Positions 35,082 to 43,137 are shown, numbered from the stretch's first letter. The stretch: DNA of 49,538 nucleotides from Patescibacteria group bacterium (GCA_030018585.1 JASEHZ010000002.1:1-49538), one strand, 5' to 3'. A program made the numbers and translations. The notes: generated by a model not told the origin, from the sequence alone.

Positions 35082-35100
35082 TTGTCGGAATTTCCGACAA
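35082..35100. promoter_or_regulatory. perfect 9-1-9 palindrome, operator-like
   Basis: TTGTCGGAA-T-TTCCGACAA lies in the divergent region between the TrmB-family gene and the 35256 gene. A 1-nt spacer excludes an RNA hairpin. Confidence 0.4.
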
Positions 35101-35169
35101 CAAGGATTATATAAATAATAGCATATTATATCACTTTTGTAAGCAGATTGAATAATGACGTCGGCAATG

Positions 35170-35198
35170 TTGACATTTATAATAAAATATGCAATGAT
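35170..35198 (+). promoter_or_regulatory. candidate promoter of the island's first gene
   Basis: TTGACA (35170-35175) is followed by a 17-nt spacer ending in TGC, then AATGAT (35193-35198). Confidence 0.35.
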
Positions 35199-35255
35199 AA
35201 AGACAGTTAATTAACAATTTGTTTAATAATTCAAAAAAGGAGTTGTAGAAATGAA

Positions 35256-35609
35256 ATGAAAGTAGAACTAGAATCATTAGAGCTTTTTCAAGCCGATATG
35301 GTTGTATGGAACAAAACCGAAGAGTTTCTGATTGTAACAGGTGACCATAACACTACTAAAGGACGGGAATTCTTTGGTCAGCGCGAGCAGGCTTATAATA
35401 ATGCTATCGAAAAAGCGGCTGAAGCAGGTTATAAACTTGTTGTAAATCATTATGAGCCAAACCGATGGATCCGCTATGCCAACAATCCTCGAGCTGTTGG
35501 TAAAATTATTGGATTGCCCATGAAAATAAAAAGAGATGCGCATGGGAATTGGAATTCTTACGATGTTGCGTCGGTGATTGATAAAACTTGGGATGAGATA
35601 ATGGTATAA
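35256..35609 (+). CDS. hypothetical protein
   Basis: A 117-aa ORF with an AAGGAG RBS at 35237-35242. A two-codon ATG-AAA-TGA mini-frame at 35251 overlaps the ATG at 35256. Confidence 0.5.
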   Translation: MKVELESLELFQADMVVWNKTEEFLIVTGDHNTTKGREFFGQREQAYNNAIEKAAEAGYKLVVNHYEPNRWIRYANNPRAVGKIIGLPMKIKRDAHGNWNSYDVASVIDKTWDEIMV

Positions 35610-35936
35610 ACCCCGAAAAGGTACTTACGATGACGAGTATTTTACTTTAGCTGAAGGCAGGTGTGAGTTAGAGCAAGCGGGAGAAAATTTTCGGTTGGTG
35701 GGCAGAGGTTATCAATGTTCTTTCTTGGATTTTAACCCAAAACTACTTTCGATGACTTTAATTCCTATATCAAAGGACTTAAATCTATTCCTATGTTGGA
35801 CCGCAACTCTCTTTGGCAGGAAGTAATATTTGATCCCGAGCCATTTAGCAAAGAACCGGCGGTAGGTCCAGATGGTAGGGTAGATGTAAAAGAAGCCTTG
35901 GGAAGACTGGGAAAGTGGTATATAGATAGCGACTAA
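35602..35936 (+). pseudogene. possible frameshifted/decayed coding remnant
   Basis: Two stop-free stretches lie in adjacent frames: 35602-35826 and 35736-35936. They overlap by about 90 nt and neither has a convincing start. The translations look protein-like (..GTYDDEYFTLAEGRCELEQAGENFRLVGRGYQCSFLDF.. and ..TTFDDFNSYIKGLKSIPMLDRNSLWQEVIFDPEPFSKEPAVGPDGRVDVKEALGRLGKWYIDSD). Confidence 0.3.
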
Positions 35937-36033
35937 AAATCAAGCCAGACGGGTGGGATAAAAATCGTTTCACCCATCTATTAATCTGAAATAATTAAAA
36001 CAAAAATCATTCATTAAAATAAGGAGATTCAAA

Positions 36034-37035
36034 ATGAAATCAATGCAAATTACTCGCCACAACAGGCGAACAAATGGCAGGACATCTGACTCACATCAGG
36101 TGGTCAAAATCATCACTGATTTGGAAACCGCCAAGCAGGCGTTTTCAGAAATTGACAAACGCTTTGCTAAGGTAGCTGGCACGTCAGTCGGGCGGAAACT
36201 GATGACTGCTATCCTTTGGGTAGCAAAACCGGTTCTGCCAAGTAAATGGTATCAAAACTGGGAGCGGAGACTGTCCTTGCTTGAAAATATTCGGGCCGAG
36301 CTTTCGAGCTTGATCGAGGAGGTGGAGGTGGCACTGATCAGCTTAGCCGAGCTAGCCACCACCAAGCAGGCTGAACTTAAAGAGTACGGAGTTCAGCTCA
36401 AACGAGCCAAGGAAGAGCAATGGGACGTTAAACAACTCCGTGAATACCTGTTCGAGGTAGGAAGGGTGCCGAATGCACCAGAAATTTCCTGGCTTCTCGA
36501 TGAACAACTGGAGCTGCTGACACCAGTGCAACTTGCTGACAAAAAGGATGAGTTACTCCAAGTATTGGAGAGTAACATCCACGTCGGCGAGCAAGTTATC
36601 CAACTGATGGCAAAAGTAGCTGAAGCTGGATTAGAGACGCTCGAAAAGGCGGCTATTCAGTACTGGGGCCTGTCCGAGTTCATAGAACCGCTCGAGGTGT
36701 TACGTCAAGCAGCCACAAACGCGGTGGCAGTAAAAAAGTCATCGTTCGAAGCAAAGGAAATTGTTCATCAGTACCTCGGGCAGATTGTATCCAACGTGGA
36801 ACTCAGTATCGAGGCGACTGAACTGCTGCGACAGTTCTTAATCACTGGGCCAGAGACGCATCAGGAACTAACCGAGTATGTGGGGCGACTTGATAACAAA
36901 ATTCAAGGTCTCTACAACTCAGCCAAACGCAGCCAGCTAAAGCAAAGCAGGATTAACCTCTTGTCGCGTACGCCTACACCTACGCCCATCAGTGATTTGT
37001 TATCACCCCAACCGGCCACCAATAATGCCGGTTAA
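36034..37035 (+). CDS. hypothetical all-helical / coiled-coil protein (GC-rich island gene 1)
   Basis: It has an AAGGAG RBS 7 nt upstream. The 333-aa protein is rich in L/E/Q/A with heptad-like stretches and a Pro/Thr tail. Codon usage is unlike the neighbouring genes. Confidence 0.65.
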   Translation: MKSMQITRHNRRTNGRTSDSHQVVKIITDLETAKQAFSEIDKRFAKVAGTSVGRKLMTAILWVAKPVLPSKWYQNWERRLSLLENIRAELSSLIEEVEVALISLAELATTKQAELKEYGVQLKRAKEEQWDVKQLREYLFEVGRVPNAPEISWLLDEQLELLTPVQLADKKDELLQVLESNIHVGEQVIQLMAKVAEAGLETLEKAAIQYWGLSEFIEPLEVLRQAATNAVAVKKSSFEAKEIVHQYLGQIVSNVELSIEATELLRQFLITGPETHQELTEYVGRLDNKIQGLYNSAKRSQLKQSRINLLSRTPTPTPISDLLSPQPATNNAG

Positions 37036-37045
37036 GGAGGATGTC

Positions 37046-38038
37046 ATGAACACGATATGGGGTAAGGATAAGGCGCTGGTTTACCTGGGTGCTCTTGAGA
37101 ACGCACTCAACGGCTTCTTAGTTAACCACCGATTCAACGAACCGCTGTGTATTCTGATTCGTGACATTCTGTTGCGGTACCTCACGCGCCAGCACAACTA
37201 CTTGGCCAATAAAAAGGCGGTAATACTACCGCTAGGTTGGAGTGGCTTTCCACTACTCAAGCGAATGCGGCTCGATAGCGCTGCCTACCTAGGTAAGATC
37301 GTACGAACTATCAAACCCGACCTGTGCTGCCCCAAGCGAATGAAGTGCTATACCAAGGATGACTGGGAGAAAGAGTGGTGTTCTGCGAGGGCACCAACAC
37401 TAGTACTCGAGGTTAAGCCAGAGCTGCAGGAGGATGACCGTACATTGTGGTTGTGGTGGCAGGTATCCAAGTCGCACTGGCTAAAACGAGTCAATCAAAG
37501 AGCTCTAGAAGAGGGAGAATGGCGAGTCGAATTAGGTGATGGCGACGAATTCTGGGTTAACCCTAATGACTTTGTAGATTGCTATGGCCTTCGGTGTAAG
37601 GGGGGCGATGGAGGTCAAGAACTAGTCGTCGGGCTATCGAGAATGACAAGCGGCGGTAGGTTAGAAAATCTTGACGACAGGTGGCGGCGGGTGTTAAAGC
37701 CCAAGCTATTGGTAAAGCTTAAATCGATACTGTCCTCTAAAAAGGTAACCCATTTTCTTAACAGTACGATTGTCAGGTCGCTCATCATCACTGGTTTGGT
37801 TGTCTCGGTCGTCGCCATCATTATTATAGGAAGTACAAAACCAGCAGATAGTACTGAACCAAGAAAAAGGTATACATACCTGCTTTCGGAGAGTGAACGT
37901 AAACATTACTCCCCGGAATGGAAGCAAAAGATATTAGCACGTTATCAACAAGGAGACACCGTCGAATTCCTAGAGACGGTATTTTATACTCCTACGCCTG
38001 TGCTTTTGCAGTGGGAGATAATTCCGAAGGAGAAATAA
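37046..38038 (+). CDS. hypothetical Trp/Cys-rich protein with one C-proximal transmembrane helix (GC-rich island gene 2)
   Basis: An AAGGAGG RBS (37034-37040) lies 5 nt before the ATG at 37046, which is 10 nt after the upstream stop. The TM segment is IVRSLIITGLVVSVVAIIIIG. Confidence 0.6.
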   Translation: MNTIWGKDKALVYLGALENALNGFLVNHRFNEPLCILIRDILLRYLTRQHNYLANKKAVILPLGWSGFPLLKRMRLDSAAYLGKIVRTIKPDLCCPKRMKCYTKDDWEKEWCSARAPTLVLEVKPELQEDDRTLWLWWQVSKSHWLKRVNQRALEEGEWRVELGDGDEFWVNPNDFVDCYGLRCKGGDGGQELVVGLSRMTSGGRLENLDDRWRRVLKPKLLVKLKSILSSKKVTHFLNSTIVRSLIITGLVVSVVAIIIIGSTKPADSTEPRKRYTYLLSESERKHYSPEWKQKILARYQQGDTVEFLETVFYTPTPVLLQWEIIPKEK

Positions 38039-38042
38039 ATCG

Positions 38043-38080
38043 AAACCGAGATTGAAAATTCAGTCTCGGTTTTTTATTTT
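38043..38080 (+). terminator. intrinsic terminator closing the island operon
   Basis: AAACCGAGA-loop-TCTCGGTTT is followed by TTTTTATTTT, starting 5 nt after the stop at 38038. Confidence 0.75.
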
Positions 38081-38133
38081 AGATGTTTGGCGCTTTTCTT
38101 TTCGTGTTAAAAACGCGAGAATTAAATCAATAA

Positions 38134-38239
38134 GCCCCGTTAGATATCAAATTTTAAGCGCAAGGCGTTGGTTAGATATTTTGCGGGGCGAGATAATCTT
38201 ATAAATATGCAAGGGATACTAAGAATATCTAACGGGGTG
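38134..38239. repeat. Inverted-repeat-framed cassette E3 (copy 3 of 3, divergent)
   Basis: The arms are perfect 13-nt repeats: CCCCGTTAGATAT (38135-38147) and ATATCTAACGGGG (38225-38237). A second direct copy, GTTAGATATT, lies at 38171-38180. The final G of the right arm is the first base of the GTG at 38237. Confidence 0.7.
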
Positions 38240-39586
38240 AAAGAAAAGATAATCCGCTTGCTGTTTTTTGTTTTTTTAATTTTTTTACCATTTAGTGCTA
38301 AAAAATTTCTTTTTTCGTTGCCGGCATTGCTGTTTGGGAATCAAATTAATGAATTAAATTCTGTTTTTTTGTTTGCGAGCGATATATTTTTGATTTTGTT
38401 TGTTGTTTCGGTTCTTTGGTTTTGGGGACAGGATTTTAAAAAAATAGTTATTTCAAACAAGCTGATTTTAGTTTTTCTTGTTTTGGGGTTGGTTTCGATT
38501 TTTTTTGCTTCAGATATTTATATGAGTTTTTATTTCAGGTTAAGATTTTTGTTGGTTTCATCTGCGGCGTTTGCGATTGGAGTGTTAATTAAAAATAGCC
38601 TTTTAAAGTTTGATTGCATTATGTTTGGTTTAGGACTTTCCGCGGTTTTCCAGTCAATGGTTGCGATTTTGCAGTTTTTGGCGCAGAAAAGCATTGGCTT
38701 ATGGTTTTTGGGCGAGTCAATAATCAATTTAAATTCCGAAGGCGTGGCGCGGGTTATGATTAATGGCGTAAAAATGCTTAGGGCTTACGGTACGATGCCG
38801 CACGCCAATATTTTAGCTGGATTTTTGATTTTGGGACTTATTGCGCTTTTTTATTTGTTTATTAGGAATTTTAATGATAAGTTTTGGAAAAAATTATTGA
38901 TTTCTGTAGGGATTTTTATTATTTGTTTAGGATTAATCTTTAGTTTTTCCCGTTCAGGCTGGATTGCGGCCTTAATTTCAATAGTTTTATTTTTTGTTTT
39001 GGGATTTTTTAATAAAGCTGAAAGAAAAAAGTTTTGGCAGTTGCTCGCTTTATTATTTTGTATTTTCGCGATTTTATTTTTTGCTTTTGGTTCAATGATT
39101 TTTCCGCGGGCGCATTTTTCGTCCGGAGAAATTTCTGTGAATCACCGAATGATTTATAATAAGATAGGTTTGGAAATTATTAAAGGAAATCCATTAGGCG
39201 TTGGTATTGGCAATCAGGTAATCTTCGGGGTGAATAATGGTTTGTATGAAAAATACGGGCTAAAAGAATCCTGGAGTTGGCAGCCAGTTCACAACATCTA
39301 TCTTCTTATTGGTTCAGAGCTTGGTGTGTTTGGTTTAATAGTGTTTTTGCTCATAATCATTTTTTTAATTTTTCAAAAAGACAACGAAAAAAGGTTTTTG
39401 ATTTTTAAAAAGAATTTAGATTTCAATGTTTTATTAACAATACTTTCGGGGTTTCTGATTTTCGGGCTTTTTGATCACTTTTATTGGGATCTTCAATCTG
39501 GGAGATTGATGTTTTGGCTGGTTTTGGGCATGATGATCGGATTAAGCCCTCGTCGTTCAACGGACCCACGCACTATAATAAATTAA
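38237..39586 (+). CDS. O-antigen ligase (Wzy_C)-family polytopic membrane protein
   Basis: It has about 10-12 TM helices, with FSFSRSGWIAALIS and PVHNIYLLIGSELGVFGL motifs. The start is moved to the GTG at 38237 by analogy with E1 and E2; the ORF track used a TTG at 38168 inside the cassette. Confidence 0.7.
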   Translation: MKEKIIRLLFFVFLIFLPFSAKKFLFSLPALLFGNQINELNSVFLFASDIFLILFVVSVLWFWGQDFKKIVISNKLILVFLVLGLVSIFFASDIYMSFYFRLRFLLVSSAAFAIGVLIKNSLLKFDCIMFGLGLSAVFQSMVAILQFLAQKSIGLWFLGESIINLNSEGVARVMINGVKMLRAYGTMPHANILAGFLILGLIALFYLFIRNFNDKFWKKLLISVGIFIICLGLIFSFSRSGWIAALISIVLFFVLGFFNKAERKKFWQLLALLFCIFAILFFAFGSMIFPRAHFSSGEISVNHRMIYNKIGLEIIKGNPLGVGIGNQVIFGVNNGLYEKYGLKESWSWQPVHNIYLLIGSELGVFGLIVFLLIIIFLIFQKDNEKRFLIFKKNLDFNVLLTILSGFLIFGLFDHFYWDLQSGRLMFWLVLGMMIGLSPRRSTDPRTIIN

Positions 39587-39630
39587 GTGCGGGGCAGGTA
39601 GGACGTAGGTCTCCGACTTGCCCGCCGAAC

Positions 39631-39704
39631 GCCCCTGTAGTGTAATTGGATAACACGTCAGCCTCCGAAGTTGAAGATTGGCTGTTCGAATCAGCCCAGG
39701 GGCA
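39631..39704 (+). tRNA. tRNA-Arg (anticodon CCG)
   Basis: The hand-folded cloverleaf has acceptor GCCCCTG/CAGGGGC and D stem GTGT/ACAC. The anticodon stem is TCAGC/GTTGA with loop CTCCGAA, and the T arm is GGCTG-TTCGAAT-CAGCC. The discriminator is A and no CCA is encoded. Confidence 0.9.
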
Positions 39705-39733
39705 CAAAAAAACGGCAGGCGGGAGCCGGAAAT

Positions 39734-39758
39734 TGAGGTTCAATTCCTCATGAGGGCA
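39734..39758 (+). other. tRNA 3'-end-like remnant (T arm + acceptor 3' strand)
   Basis: TGAGG-TTCAATT-CCTCA followed by TGAGGGC-A resembles the last 25 nt of a tRNA. No matching 5' half (GCCCTCA) is present upstream. Confidence 0.3.
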
Positions 39759-39807
39759 CGATTTGTTAAACAAAACCATGTTTGAAAGAATGAAATAAAT
39801 AAACGAA

Positions 39808-40908
39808 ATGCAAGAATTAAATATTGAACAAAAAACTAATTTAGTCGATGCGTGGCTTAGTATTGTAGTAGATAACGAAGCAAAACCAAACGATTTAGAG
39901 AATTGGAACAATCAAAAAGTTAAAAATTGGTTTTACAAAACATTAATGAAAGGTGTTAGTGACTTAGTGGATAGGTGGAGATTGAATCTCGATGATAAAT
40001 TAGTAGAAAGTATAAGAAACGAGTTTAATTCGGATAAAAAAATTAAACTTGAATTAGAATATATAGAATTGATTCGTTTACGAATTGACGAGTTTTTAAA
40101 GAAACACCCAGTAGAAGACAGGAGTACAAAATGGGATTCGTGGCCAAAAAAAATGCGAGGAACCAAATCATTTAACTGTGTTGGTGGAACGTTTATCGGT
40201 TTATCATTATTGGAAAAAGCAAGGGTTACATCTTATTACGGTAATCCCGTTTCGCACGTTTTAAACATTATTAAGCTTTCCAATGGAGAGTTTGTTTATG
40301 CTGATTTTACAAATAATCAAGTAAGAAAAATAAAACCAGAAAAAGTACAAATTGGTAATGTAGATACATTAAAGCTCAAAGATCCAGAAATTATTTATCG
40401 ATATATTCCGCTTTTAGATAAAAAAGATTCGCCGTCCTCAATTTTAGGGAATTTGAATTCATTACGACACGACGCATTGGATGATGGCGTTGATCCGTTC
40501 GATAAGAAAGAAGCAGTCAGTTGTTTTAATGTTTTTGAAGAAGAATTTAAGAAGAATAATTTTGCAGAACTTCGTGATAGATTTTATCCTTCAGGCGTTA
40601 CTCTTCGACGATCAGAGGAAATGCGTGGCGAAGAAGAAAGAATAGATAAAATTCAGGAACTTAATAAACGATCAAAAGAATATCTTTTAACCCTAGGATC
40701 CAAACAGGCAAGTTTGGTGAGGAATGAAATAAAAAATAATAGCGAAGCAGTAAAAAGATTTCTTATGGAGGATAATATACAAATTCTTGGTTTGTTTACT
40801 TTAGAAGCGAAGAAAGTACTTGAGTTAATTAAGGAAGATCTTACAAGCATAAAAAAAGAAAATTCTAAATTATTTCATGATTTTATTGATTGGATGATAA
40901 GTAAGTAA
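39808..40908 (+). CDS. hypothetical protein, possible transglutaminase-like Cys-His-Asp core
   Basis: In this 366-aa ORF, the segment FNCVGGTFIGLSLLE...VSHVLNIIKLSNGEFVYADFT has the Cys...His...Asp order and spacing seen in transglutaminase-fold cysteine peptidases. This is a weak call made by eye. Confidence 0.5.
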   Translation: MQELNIEQKTNLVDAWLSIVVDNEAKPNDLENWNNQKVKNWFYKTLMKGVSDLVDRWRLNLDDKLVESIRNEFNSDKKIKLELEYIELIRLRIDEFLKKHPVEDRSTKWDSWPKKMRGTKSFNCVGGTFIGLSLLEKARVTSYYGNPVSHVLNIIKLSNGEFVYADFTNNQVRKIKPEKVQIGNVDTLKLKDPEIIYRYIPLLDKKDSPSSILGNLNSLRHDALDDGVDPFDKKEAVSCFNVFEEEFKKNNFAELRDRFYPSGVTLRRSEEMRGEEERIDKIQELNKRSKEYLLTLGSKQASLVRNEIKNNSEAVKRFLMEDNIQILGLFTLEAKKVLELIKEDLTSIKKENSKLFHDFIDWMISK

Positions 40909-40911
40909 ATT

Positions 40912-41829
40912 TTGGCCGTGATTAAGATTTTGAAGAATAAAAAAATTGCAAACTTTATCACTTTCAAACTTGGTGGGCGGGCCGAGTTTTTTTGTTTAGC
41001 AAAAAATCTGGATGAGATAATTGAAGCAATTAAATGGGCAAAAAAAAGAAAAATTAAATGGCAGATTTTTGCCGGTGGCAGTAATGTTATTTTTCCGGAT
41101 AAATTAATAAAAGGATTATTAATTTGCATCCGGGGTGGAAGAAATTTGGTTCAAAAGGATAGGTTGATTGTTGATGCGGGCGTGCCATTAGTGGGTGTTG
41201 TAAAAAAATCGATTTCTCTCGGGTTAAAGGGCTTGGAATTGCTTTCAGGGATTCCAGGTACTGCGGGTGGCGCAATAGTGGGCAATGCAGGCGCTTATGG
41301 TTATTCTATTTCCGAAGTTGTGGAAAAAGTTGAAGTTTGGAATGAAAAAAGAAAGGCTTGGTTGAATAATAAAGAGTGTCATTTTGCTTATCGGGAAAGT
41401 GTTTTTAAAAAGAAGTCTTATGTTGTGCTTCGGATAGTTTTGAAATTTAAAAAAGGCAATAAAAAAGAACTTCAAAAAATTTCACAAAGCATTATAAAAC
41501 AAAGAAACAAAAAATTTAACCTAAAATTAAAATGCCCGGGCAGTTATTTTAAAAATATTTTAGTGGAAAGTTTATCAAAAAAATCTTTGAAGTTGATTGA
41601 TAAAAACAAAATTAAAGAAGGAAAAGTCCCGGCCGGTTATTTATTAGAACAAGTCGGTGCAAAAGGCATGCAAGTCGGAAAAATAAAAGTGGCTGATTTT
41701 CACGGCAATATGATCATGAATTTAGGTAGTGGCAGGACAAAAGACGTAAAAAAACTTGCAGGGATTTTGAAAAATAAAGTTTGGAAAAAATTCGGAATTA
41801 AACTTAAGGAGGAAGTTAGATATTTTTAA
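40912..41829 (+). CDS. murB: UDP-N-acetylenolpyruvoylglucosamine reductase
   Basis: Motifs are FKLGGRAEFF, GGSNV, GIPGTAGGAIVGNAGAYG and a C-terminal GSYFKN. The start is TTG at 40912 or GTG at 40918. Confidence 0.8.
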   Translation: MAVIKILKNKKIANFITFKLGGRAEFFCLAKNLDEIIEAIKWAKKRKIKWQIFAGGSNVIFPDKLIKGLLICIRGGRNLVQKDRLIVDAGVPLVGVVKKSISLGLKGLELLSGIPGTAGGAIVGNAGAYGYSISEVVEKVEVWNEKRKAWLNNKECHFAYRESVFKKKSYVVLRIVLKFKKGNKKELQKISQSIIKQRNKKFNLKLKCPGSYFKNILVESLSKKSLKLIDKNKIKEGKVPAGYLLEQVGAKGMQVGKIKVADFHGNMIMNLGSGRTKDVKKLAGILKNKVWKKFGIKLKEEVRYF

Positions 41830-41853
41830 TTTTGGGTGATAGACTGAAAATAT

Positions 41854-43137
41854 ATGAAATTTATTGCTGATATAGAAATTCATTCAAAATATGCTCGGGC
41901 GGTAAGCCCGCAAATGATTCTAGAAAACCTAGCGCTTTGGGCTGTGAAAAAAGGCATCAAAGTTTTGGGGACCGGAGATTTTACTCACCCTGCGTGGTTC
42001 AAAGACATAAAAGAAAAATTAGAACCAGCCGAACCAGGACTTTATCAAATTAAAGAGAAATATGTTTTGAAGAGTAATGGCGCGCATAATCCGCGGGACA
42101 CAAGATTTGTTTTGTCTGGAGAAATAAGCTGTGTTTATACGAAAAATGGCCGCGGCCGGAGAGTGCATCATTTGATTTATGCGCCTTCAATTGGAGTGGC
42201 GGAAAAAATAAATACTCAACTTGACTGGATCGGCAATATTAAATCAGATGGCCGGCCAATTGTTGGTATTGATTCAAAAGAATTACTAAAAGTTTTGCTT
42301 TCAGCTTCGCCAGAGTGTGTTTTAATACCGGCTCATGTTTGGACGCCTTGGTTCGGCGTTTTCGGCTCAAAATCGGGATTTGATTCTCTTCGTGAATGTT
42401 TTGATGAGCTTGAGCCGCAAATATTTGCTATAGAAACCGGATTGTCTTCTGATCCGTCAATGAATTGGCGTATTCCTTTTTTGGATGATAAAACAATAAT
42501 TTCAAGTTCTGATTCACATTCTTTAACAAGGATTGGCAGAGAAGCAACAATTTTTGATACGGATTTATCTTATAATGGAATTATGAACGCATTGAAAGAT
42601 AAAAAAGGAAAAGGATTGACGGGCACGATTGAATTTTTCCCGGAAGAAGGCAGGTATCATTATGACGGGCATAGAGAATGCAAGATTGTTTGGGCGCCAG
42701 AAGAAACAAAAAAGCATAAAGGAATTTGCACGAATTGCGGCAAACCGGTAACTATTGGCGTGATGGCTCGGATTGATGAACTTGCCGATTCCAAACGGCC
42801 GCAAGGATTTAAACCAGCTTGGGCAAAACCGTTTTATAATTTCGTGCCATTTGACGAAGTAATTGGCGAGAGCTTGGGGGTGGGCAAGGCCTCAAAAAGC
42901 GTTTGGGTTGAATACGAAGCCGCGATTGAACGGTTTGGTTCGGAATTTAATATTTTGATTGATGCAACAGAAAAAAATTTACGAGCAGGACTTTTGCCGG
43001 CCGTAGCCGAAGGCGTGATAAGAATGAGGCAAGGCAAAGTCCGTATTGAACCGGGCTATGATGGTGAATATGGTAAGATAAAAATATTTGAAGAACAAGA
43101 AAGAAAAGAATTAGAAACTCAAAAAGGACTGTTTTAA
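41854..43137 (+). CDS. endonuclease Q-like PHP-domain protein (TIGR00375-type)
   Basis: The N-terminus ADIEIHSKYARAVS is PHP-like. A central Cys cluster is CTNCGKPVTIGVMARIDEL. Length is 427 aa. Confidence 0.6.
   Translation: MKFIADIEIHSKYARAVSPQMILENLALWAVKKGIKVLGTGDFTHPAWFKDIKEKLEPAEPGLYQIKEKYVLKSNGAHNPRDTRFVLSGEISCVYTKNGRGRRVHHLIYAPSIGVAEKINTQLDWIGNIKSDGRPIVGIDSKELLKVLLSASPECVLIPAHVWTPWFGVFGSKSGFDSLRECFDELEPQIFAIETGLSSDPSMNWRIPFLDDKTIISSSDSHSLTRIGREATIFDTDLSYNGIMNALKDKKGKGLTGTIEFFPEEGRYHYDGHRECKIVWAPEETKKHKGICTNCGKPVTIGVMARIDELADSKRPQGFKPAWAKPFYNFVPFDEVIGESLGVGKASKSVWVEYEAAIERFGSEFNILIDATEKNLRAGLLPAVAEGVIRMRQGKVRIEPGYDGEYGKIKIFEEQERKELETQKGLF

Noticed and set aside
35251-35259. The two-codon mini-ORF ATG-AAA-TGA, overlapping the ATG at 35256, considered as a regulatory start-stop element.
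   Set aside because: It could equally be a coincidence of an AT-rich leader, and there is no way to support it from sequence alone. It is noted only in the feature evidence.
36992-37045. The ORF-track start for island gene 2, which overlaps gene 1 by 44 nt.
   Set aside because: An AAGGAGG site sits 5 nt before the in-frame ATG at 37046, which falls just after the gene 1 stop. The longer N-terminus has no ribosome site.
39573-39911. A 112-aa minus-strand ORF.
   Set aside because: It runs straight across the well-folded tRNA-Arg(CCG) gene and the start of the 39808 gene, so it is spurious.
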